A stretch of 23,174 nucleotides of DNA, taken from contig NIVC01002122.1 in assembly GCA_002269645.1 (NCBI GenBank), positions 1 through 23,174 on the forward strand. The letters are read 5' to 3'. Of this stretch, positions 12,091 through 22,567 are shown piece by piece (the first letter of the stretch is position 1; every line of letters starts with the position of its first letter). The stretch comes from Macrostomum lignano (Eukaryota). A program made the translations under genes and the position numbers. Below the pieces are notes generated by a model that was given only the letters and a program-made list of their open reading frames with translations, ran no database searches and was not told where the DNA came from.

Positions 12091-12690
12091 GTGTACATTG
12101 GAGACCGGGGGTGGGTTAGAGGGGTAAGGGAGAGAATGAGTGTACATTGGGGATCGGGGTTGGATTAGAGGGGTAAGGAATAGAACGAGTGTACATTGGG
12201 GAGCGGGGTTAGGTTAGATGGGTAAGGGATAGAACGAGTGTACATTGGGGAGCGGGGTTGGGTTAGAGGGGTAAGGGAGAGAAGGAGTGTACATTGGGGA
12301 TCGGGGTTGGATTAGAGGGGTAAGGAATAGAACGAGTGTACATTGGGGAGCGGGGTTAGGTTAGATGGGTAAGGGATAGAACGAGTGTACATTGGGGAGC
12401 GGGGTTGGGTTAGAGGGGTAAGGGAGAGAAGGAGTGTACATTGGGGAGCGGGGTTGGGTTAGAGGGGTAAGGGAGAGAAGGAGTGTACATTGGGGAGCGG
12501 GGGTTGGGTTAGAGGGGTAAGGGAGAGAAGGAGTGTACATTGGGGAGCGGGGTTGGGTTAGAGGGGTAAGGGAGAGAAGGAGTGTACATTGGGGAGCGGG
12601 GGTTGGGTTAGAGAAGTAAGGGACAGAATGAGTGTACACTAGGGAGCGGGGTTGGGTTATAGGGTCAGGGAGAGAGCGGGTGTACATTGG
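12091..12690. repeat. 49-bp G-rich minisatellite (GTGTACATTGGGGAGCGGGGTTGGGTTAGAGGGGTAAGGGAGAGAAGGA), ~12 copies, 3' of CSPP1-like stop
   Basis: Period 49 (12091, 12140, 12189). Confidence 0.95.
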
Positions 12691-12994
12691 GGACAGGGTT
12701 TGAAGAGGAACTGGTCAGGAGCAAAGGTACAATGAATACAGGGGGTTGTTTTGAAACCATATTTGCTTTTAAAAACGAAACGCATAATAAGGCAATTAGA
12801 AGGAATGGACCAAAGAGCAGACATTTGGAAAGAGTCAAAAAATCTTAAAAAACTCTGTTCGAAGTAGCCAAGTTAAAAAAGTAAAAAAATTAAATTCATG
12901 AAAAATAGATCTGTCATGCGAATACAACTGCATATCGAGGTTCAGTTAGGACGGATCAATCCCTGTCTTCATAACGGAAGTGTCTGAAAAGTGA

Positions 12995-13537
12995 TCAATT
13001 GGCCAACAGCCAGCTGTCGTCCTGCAGAGTGTCGCCAGTCCTCGGCCGGCTGTCCTCAAGGCCGCGCTGCTGGCGCATGAACCGGCCCAGCACTTCGTCC
13101 GGATCGCCCGAGGCGCCCTCCAACGAAGCCGAATCAGCCTGCATCCGCTGCAGGCGGCGCAGGCGGGCCTCGTTGGCCCGTGCGATTCTCTCGGCGTCCA
13201 GGCTGGCCTGCGAGCCGAAGCCGCCGCCGCCGCCGCTGACCGACGGCTGTCGCTGCTGATAGCCGTTCGGATCCAGGCGGCCAGTTGACACCGGCTGATC
13301 GATGTCAACGAAAGCGGTGTCCGCCTGCAGCTGGGCAGAGTCGGCCCGAGAGTAGGACCGCAGCCCGAGGTCGCGGGGGCGAAGGCCGAGGCCGTCGAGG
13401 TCATCGCCGCCGCCGCCGCCGCCTCCGCCGCCGCCCTGCATGCGGCGCAGCCGGTCGCGCTGCTCTCGTAGGAGGGCCGCCTGTTGCGCTTCGAGAGCTT
13501 CGCCGCTGATTGGCGTTTCCGGGAAATAGTTGCGCAC
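12995..13537 (-). CDS. CSPP1: CSPP1-like exon H (terminal, stop TGA 12997-12995)
   Basis: Acceptor tcattccag|GTG, phase 0; an in-frame alternative acceptor lies at 13555. Contains IARANEARLRRLQ, DPDEVL and DDSWL. Confidence 0.8.
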   Translation of the reverse strand: MRNYFPETPISGEALEAQQAALLREQRDRLRRMQGGGGGGGGGGDDLDGLGLRPRDLGLRSYSRADSAQLQADTAFVDIDQPVSTGRLDPNGYQQRQPSVSGGGGGFGSQASLDAERIARANEARLRRLQRMQADSASLEGASGDPDEVLGRFMRQQRGLEDSRPRTGDTLQDDSWLLAN

Positions 13538-16500
13538 CTGGAATGAGCGATTATACTGAGAGTGAGCTGACGCTGGATAGAATAGAATAAATAGCATATC
13601 TGAGATTTGCAGCTAGATTATATTAATATCTAGTATTTCTGATCCAGCTGACGTACAGTAACTTCAAAGATAGCTCAGGATCCCATATCATGCCCTCAGT
13701 ATCCCAGGTGAGACCAAAATATCCGAGGTGAGACCTAAACGTCCCAGCTAGGTAAGACCTAAATATCACAGGAGAGACTTAAATATACCGGCTAGGTGAG
13801 ACCTAAATATCCCATGTGAGACCTAAATATCGCATGTTAGACATACAAATATCCCAGGTGAGACCTCAAGCCACCAGACGGGCCTAAGGATCCCATGTCT
13901 GATCAGAAGCTCCCAGATGGGACACCCGGCACCCGCACCTGATTTGCTGCCGGGTCGCTAGAGTTGGCCTTGAGCCTGTTAAACTCCTGAGCCGCAGTAG
14001 GGTCCAGGCTGGACTGCTGCTGATAATTGTTCGGCCTGCGCGACACCGGGGCCGCCTTGCGCCGGTCCCTGGCCATGTCGAAAACGTCGACCTGCTGGCC
14101 AACAGCCGGCCCCTGCACTGGCCGATGATCGCCCGGACCCTCGAATCCGTGCAGTCGAGGGTCAAACACCTCCGGCTGATATTTCTGCGTCTCCAGTGCG
14201 TCTTCAACGCGTTGGCGCTCGCTGCGCAGCTGATTCCTCAGCCTGGCCAGCTGCACAATCGACTCGCTGTCGGTTGGCGGCTCCTCGCGTTGGGTGTCGG
14301 CCTCCTCGGCGGCTGAAGCCGGTGCGCCGCGAAGGGACGGCACTGGTGGAGAGCGGGACCGCTGCTGCTCGGTCATGGCCACGTCCGCTGCCCGCTCCAC
14401 CCGCTCCCTGGCACCGCGAATGGCGGGTCCGGAGCTTGGTTAAAATGTCTGTCATTGCACCTACCTGTCCATCCCCGCACCAACCTGTCCATCCCCGCAC
14501 CCACCTGTCAACCCCCGCACCCACCTGTCCATCCCCGCATCCATCTGTCCATCCCCGCACCCATCTGTCTTCACCAACCTGTCCATCCCTGCACCCACCT
14601 GTCCATTCCCGCACCCACCTGTCCACCCCCGCACCCACCTGTCCATCCCCGCACCCACCTGTCCATCCCAGCACCCACCTGTCCATCCCGCACCCACCTG
14701 TCCATCCCAGCACCCACCTGTCCATCCCGCACCCACCTGTCCATCCCAGCACCCACCTGTCCATCCCGCACCCACCTGCCCACCCCTGCACCCACCTGTC
14801 CATCCCTGCACCCACCTGTCCATCCCTGCACCCACCTGTCCATCTCCGCACCCACCTGTCCACCCCCGCACCCACCTGTCCACCCCCGCAACCACCTGTC
14901 CATCCCTGCACCCACCTGTCCATCCCCGCACCCACCTGTCCATCCCCGCACCCACCTGTCCATCCCCGCACCCACCTGTCCATCCCGCACCCATCTGTCC
15001 ATCCCCGCATCCACCTGTCCACCCCCGCAACCACCTGTCCATCCCTGCACCCACCTGTCCATCCCCGCACCCACCTGTCCACCCCCGCAACCACCTGTCC
15101 ATCCCTGCACCCACCTGTCCATCCCTGTACCCACCTGTCCATCCCCGCACCCACCTGTCCATCCCCGCACCCACCTGTCCATCCCGCACCCACCTGTCCA
15201 TCCCGCACCCATCTGTCCATCCCCGCATCCACCTGTCCATCCCCGCACCCACCTGTCCGCCTCCTTGGCCTTGCGCGCCGCCTCGCTAGACCGTCGTTTC
15301 TCTTCGGCAAGCCGCAGCATCTCCTCGTTCTTGCGCCTGGCCTCCTCCTCTTTCTCCGTCTGTTTCCGTTTCTCAGCGTCCAGCTCCGCTTGAATTCGCC
15401 TCTGCTGCTCCTCAACCCGCCGCTGCTCTCTTTCGTCTTCCTCGCGCTGGCGCAACTGGTCAAGCTCGCGCAGCCGCCGGCGCTCCTCCATCTGGTTGCG
15501 CAACTCGTCCTGATAGCGCTCGCGTTCCCGCTTCTGCGCGTCGGTGAGGCCCTGGCCGAATATGCCGTGGCCGCCTCTGGCGTGAGTGGCCTCGCCTAGT
15601 GCGTTAGTCTGTCTGGGCGTCGGCTTCTCAATCCACGGCAGCGGCTCTTGGGTCCGGCTGATGGGGCAAGGGATGAGAATTGCAAATTTATATAGCAACT
15701 CACAGGTTTGGAGCTCGCTAGTTGTATTTATTTCACTTTGGATGGGACACCGCTGCTCACCACTGTCCTTGGATGGGACACCGCTGCTCACCACTGTCCT
15801 TGGATGGGACACCGCTGCTCACCACTGTCCTTGGATGGGACACCGCTGCTCACCACTGTCCTTGGATGGGACACCGCTGCTCACCACTGTCCTTGGATGG
15901 GACACCGCTGCTCACCACTGTCCTTGGATGGGACACCGCTGCTCACCACTGTCCTTGGATGGGACACCACCACCCCATACCTTGGATCTTGAGTACTACT
16001 ATATTTGATTCTACAATACACCCTTATGGTGCAGCAAAGCGGAACCTGATGACTCACCTGCGAGCTCGGCCAGTTGCTCCGCCGCCGCCGCCGCCTCTTC
16101 TACCTTGCTCCTCCGTAAAGGAGTTAGCTAGCCGCAGCCGAAGGTCCTTCAACGGATCGCCTGTGGACGCCGCACCGCTGCCACCGTAATCGCCATAGTC
16201 GCCACCGCCGCGGCTCCTAGTGGTTTGCCCGTCACTGCCGCCGCCTCCGCCGCGTATGGTGCCCCGCAGGTCGGCCCGGGTGTTGCCCTGTTCGTCTTTG
16301 AGCGGCGCTCCGCCACCGCCGCGGCCCCACGGATCGTAGGTGGCGATCTCCAGCTCCTTCAGCCGGTCGTATTCGTCGCGTTCTTTACGCCGGCCCTCGT
16401 CGCGAGTTCGCTTGGCGTCCATCTGCTGGTTGAGCTCCAGCGCGTATTCAACTTTCTGGCGGGCCAGACGGGCGCGCCGCTCCTCCTCGGAGGTGAACAG

Positions 16501-19500
16501 CATCCCCGTTGAGGCGGTGCCATCGTTGTTCTCCTGGTAGCGGACGCGCGAAGACTTGGCTGGCCCGCTACCGCCGCTGCCGCCGGCGCCTGCGCCACCG
16601 CCGACGTATCCGCCTCCACCCCTGCCGCTAAAGCCGCCTGATTGAGCGAAAGTCAGAAAGAACTATGCGTTAAAAGAAGCGTCATGAGGAGCCAAACTGA
16701 GGAAGTTGAGAGAGGCGCCAAACTAAGGAAGTCAAGAGAGGCGCCAAACTGAGGAAGTAAAGAGAGGCGCCAAACTGAGGAAGTCAAGAGAGGCGCCAAA
16801 CTGAGGAAGTCAAGAGAGGCGCCAAACTGAGGAAGTCAAGAGAGGCGCCAAACTGAGGAAGTCAAGAGAGGCGCCAAACTGAGGAAGTTGAGAGAGGCGC
16901 CAAACTGAGGAAGTCAAGAGAGGCGCCAAACTGAGGAAGTTAAGAGAGGCGCCAAACTGAGGAAGTCAAGAGAGGCGCCAAACTGAGGAAGTCAAGAGAG
17001 GCGCCAAACTGAGGAAGTCAAGAGAGGCGCCAAACTGAGGAAGTCAAGAGAGGCGCCAAACTGAGGAAGTCAAGAGAGGCGCCAAACTGAGGAAGTCAAG
17101 AGAGGCGCCAAACTGAGGAAGTCAAGAGAGACGCAAAACTGGGGAGTCCAGAGGCCAATAATTGAGGAACATAAAAAACAAAAGGCGCCACTACTAATGC
17201 CCAAGCCCTTTTACACTAGCTCGGAGAGCAGCCCAACCACTCACTGCCGCTGCCGTCCTCCAGCGGATTCTGCATTCCGTAATAGAAATACGAATCGTCC
17301 GCAGGTGTATTATAAGGCGACAATTGCGGCAGGCCGCCAGACTGAGCGGCCAGCAGGCCCGGCGAAGTGGCACCGCTTCCCGCGCCGGCGCCAGCGCCGC
17401 CAGGCCGGTCGGTGACGGCGCCGCCTAGAACGCCGGGGGCGTCGCTGCGAGCGTCTCGACGCTCCTGCTTGCGACGGTTCTCCTCTTCGGCCATCTGGCG
17501 TTGAAGTTCGCGTTTGTAAGACTCTTTGCGGTTCTCGCGAACGGTGCCGGAGTCCGGCCTATGCAGGTCGATTGTGCCGCCAATGCCGTCTGGGTGGGGC
17601 GGGTTGGGGTTCTCTAAGATCTCTATGAGATTGCAGTGAGGCAGTGAGCGGATGAAGGGGCGGGTGAGGAGGCAGTGAGCGAATGAAGGGGCGGGTGAGG
17701 AGGCAGTGAGCGAATGAAGGGGCGGGTGAGGAGGCAGTGAGCGAATGAAGGGGCGGGTGAGGAGGCAGTGAGCGGATGAAGGGGCGGGTGAGGAGGCAGT
17801 GAGCGGATGAAGGGGCGGGTGAGGAGGCAGTGAGCGGATAAAAGGGCGGGTGAGGAGGCAGTGAGCGGATGAAAGGGCGGCTGAGGAGGGAGTTAGCGGA
17901 TGAAGGGGCGGGTGAGGAGGGAGTTAGCGGATGAAGGGGCGGGTGAGGAGGTGAGCATGAAAATCAGTAATCAAGCAAAGTAGGAACAAACCGATTAAGC
18001 CGGCTCCGTCTTTGCCCCCGCCGCCGCGCTGCTGGAAGTGCCGATTGCGCCGCAGGCTGAGGTCCAAGTCCAGCGACTTGTCTGTGTTGCCGCCGCTGCG
18101 AAGCCAGGCGTCATCGTTGCGACGCCTGCCGCCGGCGCCGCCTCCGCCGAACAGCAAGCGCAACTTGGCGCTGTCATACTGAGCCTCCAGCTCGGACAGG
18201 CGCTTCTCCTCGGCCAGGGTGGCCGGATCCTTCACGGCCACAGGACGGGGCCGATTGTACGCGGCGTACTGATCATCGGGATTGTCGACGTACCTGCCGA
18301 TTGAGCGGGGGCATTAGGGACTGACAGACACTGCGATTCCCAGACACTGGGATTCCCAAAGACACTGGGATTCACACAGACACTGCAATTCACACACCCT
18401 GGGGTTCCCAGACACTGGAATTCACAAAGACACTGGGATTCCCAAAGACACTGGGATTCCCAAAGACACTGGGATTCCCAAAGACACTGGGATTCACACA
18501 GACACTGCAATTCACACACCCTGGGTTCCCAGACACTGGGATTCACAAAGACACTGGGATTCCCAAAGACACTGGGATTCCCAAAGACACTGGGATTCCC
18601 AAAGACACTGGGATTCCCAAAGACACTGGGATTCCCAAAGACACTGGGATTCCCAAAGACACTGGGATTCACACAGACACTGCAATTCACACACCCTGGG
18701 GTTCCCAGACACTGGGATTCACAAAGACACTGGGATTCCCAAAGACACTGGGATTCCCAAAGACACTGGGATTCCCAAAGACACTGGGATTCCCAAAGAC
18801 ACTGGGATTCCCAAAGACACTGGGATTCCCAAAGACACTGGGAGACAATGGGATTCACACGGACAATGGGAATCACACACACTGGGATTCCCAAAGACAC
18901 TGGGATTCACGCAGACACTGGGATTCCCAAAGACACTGGGATTCACACAGACACTGCAATTCACACACCCTGGGGTTCCCAGACACTGGGATTCACAAAG
19001 ACACTGGGATTCCCAAAGACACTGGGATTCCCAAAGACACTGGGATTTCCAAAGACACTGGGATTCCCAAAGACACTGGGATTCCCAGACACTGGGATTC
19101 ACACAGACAATGGGATTCACACGGACAATGGGAATCACACACACTGGGATTTCCAAAGACACTGGGATTCCCAAAGACACTGGGATTCACGCAGACACTG
19201 GGATTCCCAAAGACACTGGGATTCACACAGACACTGCAATTCACACACCCTGGGTTCCCAGACACTGGGATTCACAAAGACACTGGGATTCCCAAAGACA
19301 CTGGGATTCCAAAGACACTGGGATTTCCAAAGACACTGGGATTCCCAAAGACACTGGGATTCCCAGACACTGGGATTCACACAGACAATGGGATTCACAC
19401 GGACAATGGGAATCACACACACTGGGATTTCCAAAGACACTGGATTCCCAAAGACAGTGGGATTCACACAGACACTGGGATTCCCAAAGACACTGTGATT

Positions 19501-21429
19501 CCCAAAGACACTGGGATTCCCAAAGACACTGGGATTCCCAAAGACACTGGGATTCCCAAAGACACTGGGATTCCCAAAGACACTGGGATTCACACAGACA
19601 CTGCAATTCACACACCCTGGGATTCCCAGACACTGGGATTCACACAGACACTGGGATTTCCAAAGACACTGTGATTTCCAAAGACACTGTGATTTCCAAA
19701 GACACTGGATTCCAAAGACACTGGGATTCCCAAAGACACTGGGATTCCCAAAGACACTGTGATTCCCAAAGACACTGGGATTCACACAGACAATGGGATT
19801 CACACGGACAATGGGAATCACACACACTGGGATTCACGCAGACACTGGGATTAACAGACACTGGGATTCACGCGGACACTGGGAGTCACACAGATACTTG
19901 AATTCACAGACACTGACCCACACAGACACAGGGATTTAAAGTGCAATATCAGAGAAAATCTCGTTATGACAAATGATATGTCTGGGCGCGGTAGAAAATC
20001 TACTGTATGAAAAAATCATCTTTATGGCGCACCTGTACAGTCCCTCCTCCATCCGTTTCTGCGTCAGAACGTCCTCGTAGTGAACTCCGGTACCACCCCT
20101 GCGCCAGTCCCTGTGCGTGGCCTCCTGGTCCAGTTTGCCGCGCAAGAATTCATTATATTCGCGATTGCGCTCGGCCCGTTTCTGGGCGGCGGCTCGTTCG
20201 CGATCGTCCACGAATGGCAGGGAGGTGTTCTGCGGCCCGACGTCCGCTGGGATGCCGCGGGGGCTGTGGCGGCCTGCGGACCGGATTGGCGGTTTGGCGC
20301 GGCTGATTACTAACTGGAATAATTCTGCTTGAATGATTGAAGTCAGCGAGGAGAATGCGGTGACGTCGGTAGAACATGGGAAAAGTGGTTCACTAAATAG
20401 GGGGATGGGTGGGGAAAGATAGAGAGTAGAGTCGGCGTGATAAACATAAGAGTTGGTTGGATAGATAAGCTATTAAGAGTCAGTGGAGAAGACAATATAA
20501 TCGGTGGGGTAGACAATAGAATCGGTGGGGTAGACAATAGAATCAGTGGGGTAGACAATAGAATCAGTGGGGTAGACAATAGAATCAGTGGGGTAGACAA
20601 TAGAATCAGTGGAGTGGATACTATAAACACAAGCCCGACTAACCAGGCGGTTCAGGCAGAGCCAATGGATCCAATTGTTCAGGTGGCGCCGGCGGAGGCG
20701 CAGCTTCAAGCGCCGGCCTCTGTGGGGCGCCGCCATTGTACGGGCCCTGCGGCTGTCGCAGCTGAGTGACTTGCCGCTCAAGTTCGTCGAGAGTTGGATC
20801 AGACGCCGGCGGAGCCTGTGGCTGCGGCTGCGAAGCGGCGCGAATCGGCTGGCGGTACTGCGATTGCGCGGCTGGCTGCGGCTGCTGCTGGCGTGACCGA
20901 CCGTCGGCCTCTTTCCGCTTCAAATAATCATTATACTCAGCGTTGCGTTCGCGACGCTTCCGCTGACGCGAGGCGGCCGAATCCCGCTGCCCGATTGCGC
21001 CGGACACGCCTGGCCGGTCGTCTGGCGAAGCGTCGCTGCCGACGCGCCGAGCGGCGGCAGGCTGAGCTCGAGCCTGCAGCTGCTGATACTCCAATCGTCT
21101 GGCCTCGTCCAGCTGTCGCCGGCGGGCCTCATAGTCTCCAAATTTTTCAAAGAAATTCCCATCCTCGTCGTAATAGCCGGCTTCGTTTTTAGAGGATCGG
21201 CGAAGCTGCTGAGTCGGCGGCGGCGGCGGCTGCTGCTGCTGCTGCTGTTGTTGAGCTGCACGACGGTCCAGCAGCTGCTGCTGGCGCTTCTGCTGATCGT
21301 TGCTCAGCCTGGCAACCAGAGGCTCCTCGTCGCGATAGTCGTAGCGAGGCGCAGCAACGGACTCCGGCTCGGCCGGCTGATAGTGGGCGAACACGGCCTT
21401 CTGGGGCGGCACCTGGGCACCGACCGGGT
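12995..21429 (-). CDS. CSPP1: Centrosome and spindle pole-associated protein 1 orthologue, >=8 exons, ~1220 aa or more; 5' end uncertain (possible ATG 21585)
   Basis: Exons A (~21429-20644), B 20273-20033, C 18293-17992, D 17589-17245, E 16637-16058, F 15657-15253, G 14407-13939 and H 13537-12995 join in frame (phases 1,2,1,1,2,2,0). Motifs recalled from vertebrate CSPP1: ERNxEYNxFLRGK, TYDPWGRGGGGAPLKDEQGN (cf. [20 protein letters not shown]), the long E/R/K/Q coiled coil ending EEARRKNEEMLRLAEE, and SRSPPVP. No database search was run. Confidence 0.85.
13700..13868. repeat. Degenerate ~20-25-bp repeat (AGGTGAGACCTAAATATCCC), ~7 copies, CSPP1-like intron G/H
   Basis: GTGAGACCTAAATAT recurs with variable spacing. 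Confidence 0.8.
13939..14407 (-). CDS. CSPP1: CSPP1-like exon G
   Basis: Acceptor gtgccag|G (in-frame alternative at 14434); donor AATCAG|GTGCGG. Contains SRSPPVPSL and LARLRNQLRSERQRV. Confidence 0.8.
14455..15258. repeat. 19/20-bp minisatellite (sense strand GGACAGGTGGGTGCGGGGAT), ~40 copies, CSPP1-like intron F/G
   Basis: Direct periodicity; the first unit overlaps the exon F donor. Confidence 0.95.
15253..15657 (-). CDS. CSPP1: CSPP1-like exon F (coiled coil)
   Basis: Acceptor cccatcag|C; donor GGACAG|GTGGGT. Contains HARGGHGIFGQGLTDAQKRERERYQDELRNQMEERRR. Confidence 0.85.
15738..15968. repeat. 31-bp minisatellite (TTGGATGGGACACCGCTGCTCACCACTGTCC), ~7.5 copies, intron E/F
   Basis: Period 31 (15738 to 15769); copies near-identical. 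Confidence 0.95.
16058..16637 (-). CDS. CSPP1: CSPP1-like exon E (PWGRGGGGAPL motif)
   Basis: Acceptor cgctcaatcag|GC; donor CGCAG|GTGAGT. Confidence 0.88.
16690..17135. repeat. 26-bp minisatellite (AGGCGCCAAACTGAGGAAGTCAAGAG), ~17 copies, intron D/E
   Basis: Period 26 (16691 to 16717). Confidence 0.95.
17245..17589 (-). CDS. CSPP1: CSPP1-like exon D
   Basis: Acceptor ccccacccag|AC; donor GGCA|GTGAGT. Contains RKESYKRELQRQMAEEE and YYYGMQNPL. Confidence 0.82.
17636..17955. repeat. 31-bp minisatellite (GCAGTGAGCGGATGAAGGGGCGGGTGAGGAG), ~10 copies, intron C/D
   Basis: Period 31 (17641 to 17672). Confidence 0.95.
17992..18293 (-). CDS. CSPP1: CSPP1-like exon C
   Basis: Acceptor tcaatcggcag|G; donor ATCG|GTTTGT; phases fit both neighbouring exons. 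Confidence 0.75.
18325..19925. repeat. 18-bp minisatellite (CCCAAAGACACTGGGATT) with variant units and higher-order blocks, intron B/C
   Basis: 6-aa periodic ORFs (ESQCLW, GIPVSL, FGNPSV); variant cassettes recur. Confidence 0.95.
20033..20273 (-). CDS. CSPP1: CSPP1-like exon B
   Basis: The phase-1-compatible acceptor found is gtccgcag|GC (20273); donor TACAG|GTGCGC. Contains ERNREYNEFLRGK. Confidence 0.75.
20481..20615. repeat. 21-bp minisatellite (GGGGTAGACAATAGAATCAGT), ~6 copies, intron A/B
   Basis: Direct periodicity; 7-aa periodic ORF. Confidence 0.92.
20644..21429 (-). CDS. CSPP1: CSPP1-like exon A (5' boundary uncertain)
   Basis: ORF 20639-21412, open upstream to a TGA near 21440; donor CCTG|GTTAGT. 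Contains FGDYEARRRQLDEARRLEY and GVSGAIGQR...ERNAEYNDYL. Confidence 0.75.
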
Positions 21430-21705
21430 CTGCGGGCAGTCAGAGTAGCCACAGCAGGGGCGGAGCGGGTTAAAGCGTCTGATTTCCGAGCGACATGTAC
21501 ACTGCCCAACGATGTCATGCACACCCTGTGTAAGCGTGTGCCTGTGTACGTATCCGGGTCTGTGTGCTCCTAGGCCCCCCGCCATGACTTAACAAAGACT
21601 CTCTTGTCCATTTCGTTCATGTCCCTTGGCTGGGCTTTCGACAATTTTTATATTGAAGAATTATTGCAATTACGAGATAACTGAAGAATTGATGAATATC
21701 TAGAC

Positions 21706-22567
21706 CAGGGTTTGGCGAGCTATTTACGTCGAGGACCAGGAGAATCCAGTGCCTGACTGCGGGCCAGAGAAAGGAGAGAAGACAGACAATACTAGAGAGG
21801 ACAGAAGACAGAGAAAAGGAGCGAGAGAAGAGAGAGGAGAGAAAAGAGAGAGAGGAGAGAGAAGAGAGAGAGGAGAGAGGAGAGATGAAAGAGGAAGAGA
21901 GGAGAGGAGAGAGGACAGAGGACGGAAAACAGAGGAAAGCAGCGAGAAGAGAGACGTAAAAGAGAAAAGAGAAAAGAGAGAGGAGAGAGAGGAGAAATGA
22001 AAGAGGAGAGAGGAGAGAAAAATAACGAGAGAGAGGAGCGAGAGGAGAGATTTGATAAAAGAGAAGAGAAAGAAAGAGGAGAGATAAGAGAGGAGCGAGG
22101 GGAGAGAGGAGAGAAAAGAGAAAAGAGAAAAAGAGGAGAGAGGAGAGAGGACAGAAAACAGAGGAAAGCAGCGAGAAGAGAGAAGAGAGAAAAGAGAATA
22201 GAAAAGAGAGAGGAGATAGGAAAGAGGAGAGAGTGATAAATAGAAGAGAAAAGAAAGAGTAGAGATAAGAGAGGAGAGAGAGGAGAGAGGACAGAAGACA
22301 GAGAAAAGGAGCGAGAAGAGAAAAGAGAAAAGAGAGAGGAGGGAGAGAGAGGAGAGAGATGAAAGAGGAGAGAGGAGAGAGAGAGAGAAAAGAAAAGGGA
22401 CGAGAGAGAGGAGCGAGAGGGGAGGGTTGATAAAAGAGAGAGAGATAAGAGAGGAGCGAGGAGAGAGAGGAGAGAGAGGAAGGAGAGAAGAGACGCAAAC
22501 CTTTAGCGGGCCGGATTGCCATTGGGAAGTTTCAAAGAACCTGAGAACCGGAGTTTGCCGACCCCTG
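21706..22567. mobile_element. Non-autonomous hAT (Charlie/Buster-like) element with an interior GA tract
   Basis: Right end AGTTTGCCGACCCCTG (reverse complement CAGGGGTCGGCAAACT, a MER58-type terminus) versus left end CAGGGTTTGGCGAGCT: 12/16 match. Subterminal GCGGGCC/ATCCGGCCCGC motifs. Left flank ATCTAGAC fits the Charlie NTCTAGAN target; right flank CTCTGAGAC is a degenerate copy. Confidence 0.6.
21770..22500. repeat. ~730-bp almost pure polypurine (GA-rich) low-complexity tract
   Basis: Seen directly; produces the S/L/F-rich and E/R/K-rich spurious ORFs. Confidence 0.95.

Noticed and set aside
14196-15599. 467-aa and 312-aa plus-strand Pro/His-rich ORFs
   Set aside because: They are antisense to CSPP1-like exons and cross the C-rich repeat; GC-rich sequence lacks stops by composition.
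18232-19901. ESQCLW / RHWDSQ repeat ORFs on both strands
   Set aside because: Products of the 18-bp intronic array; exons B and C splice in frame around them.
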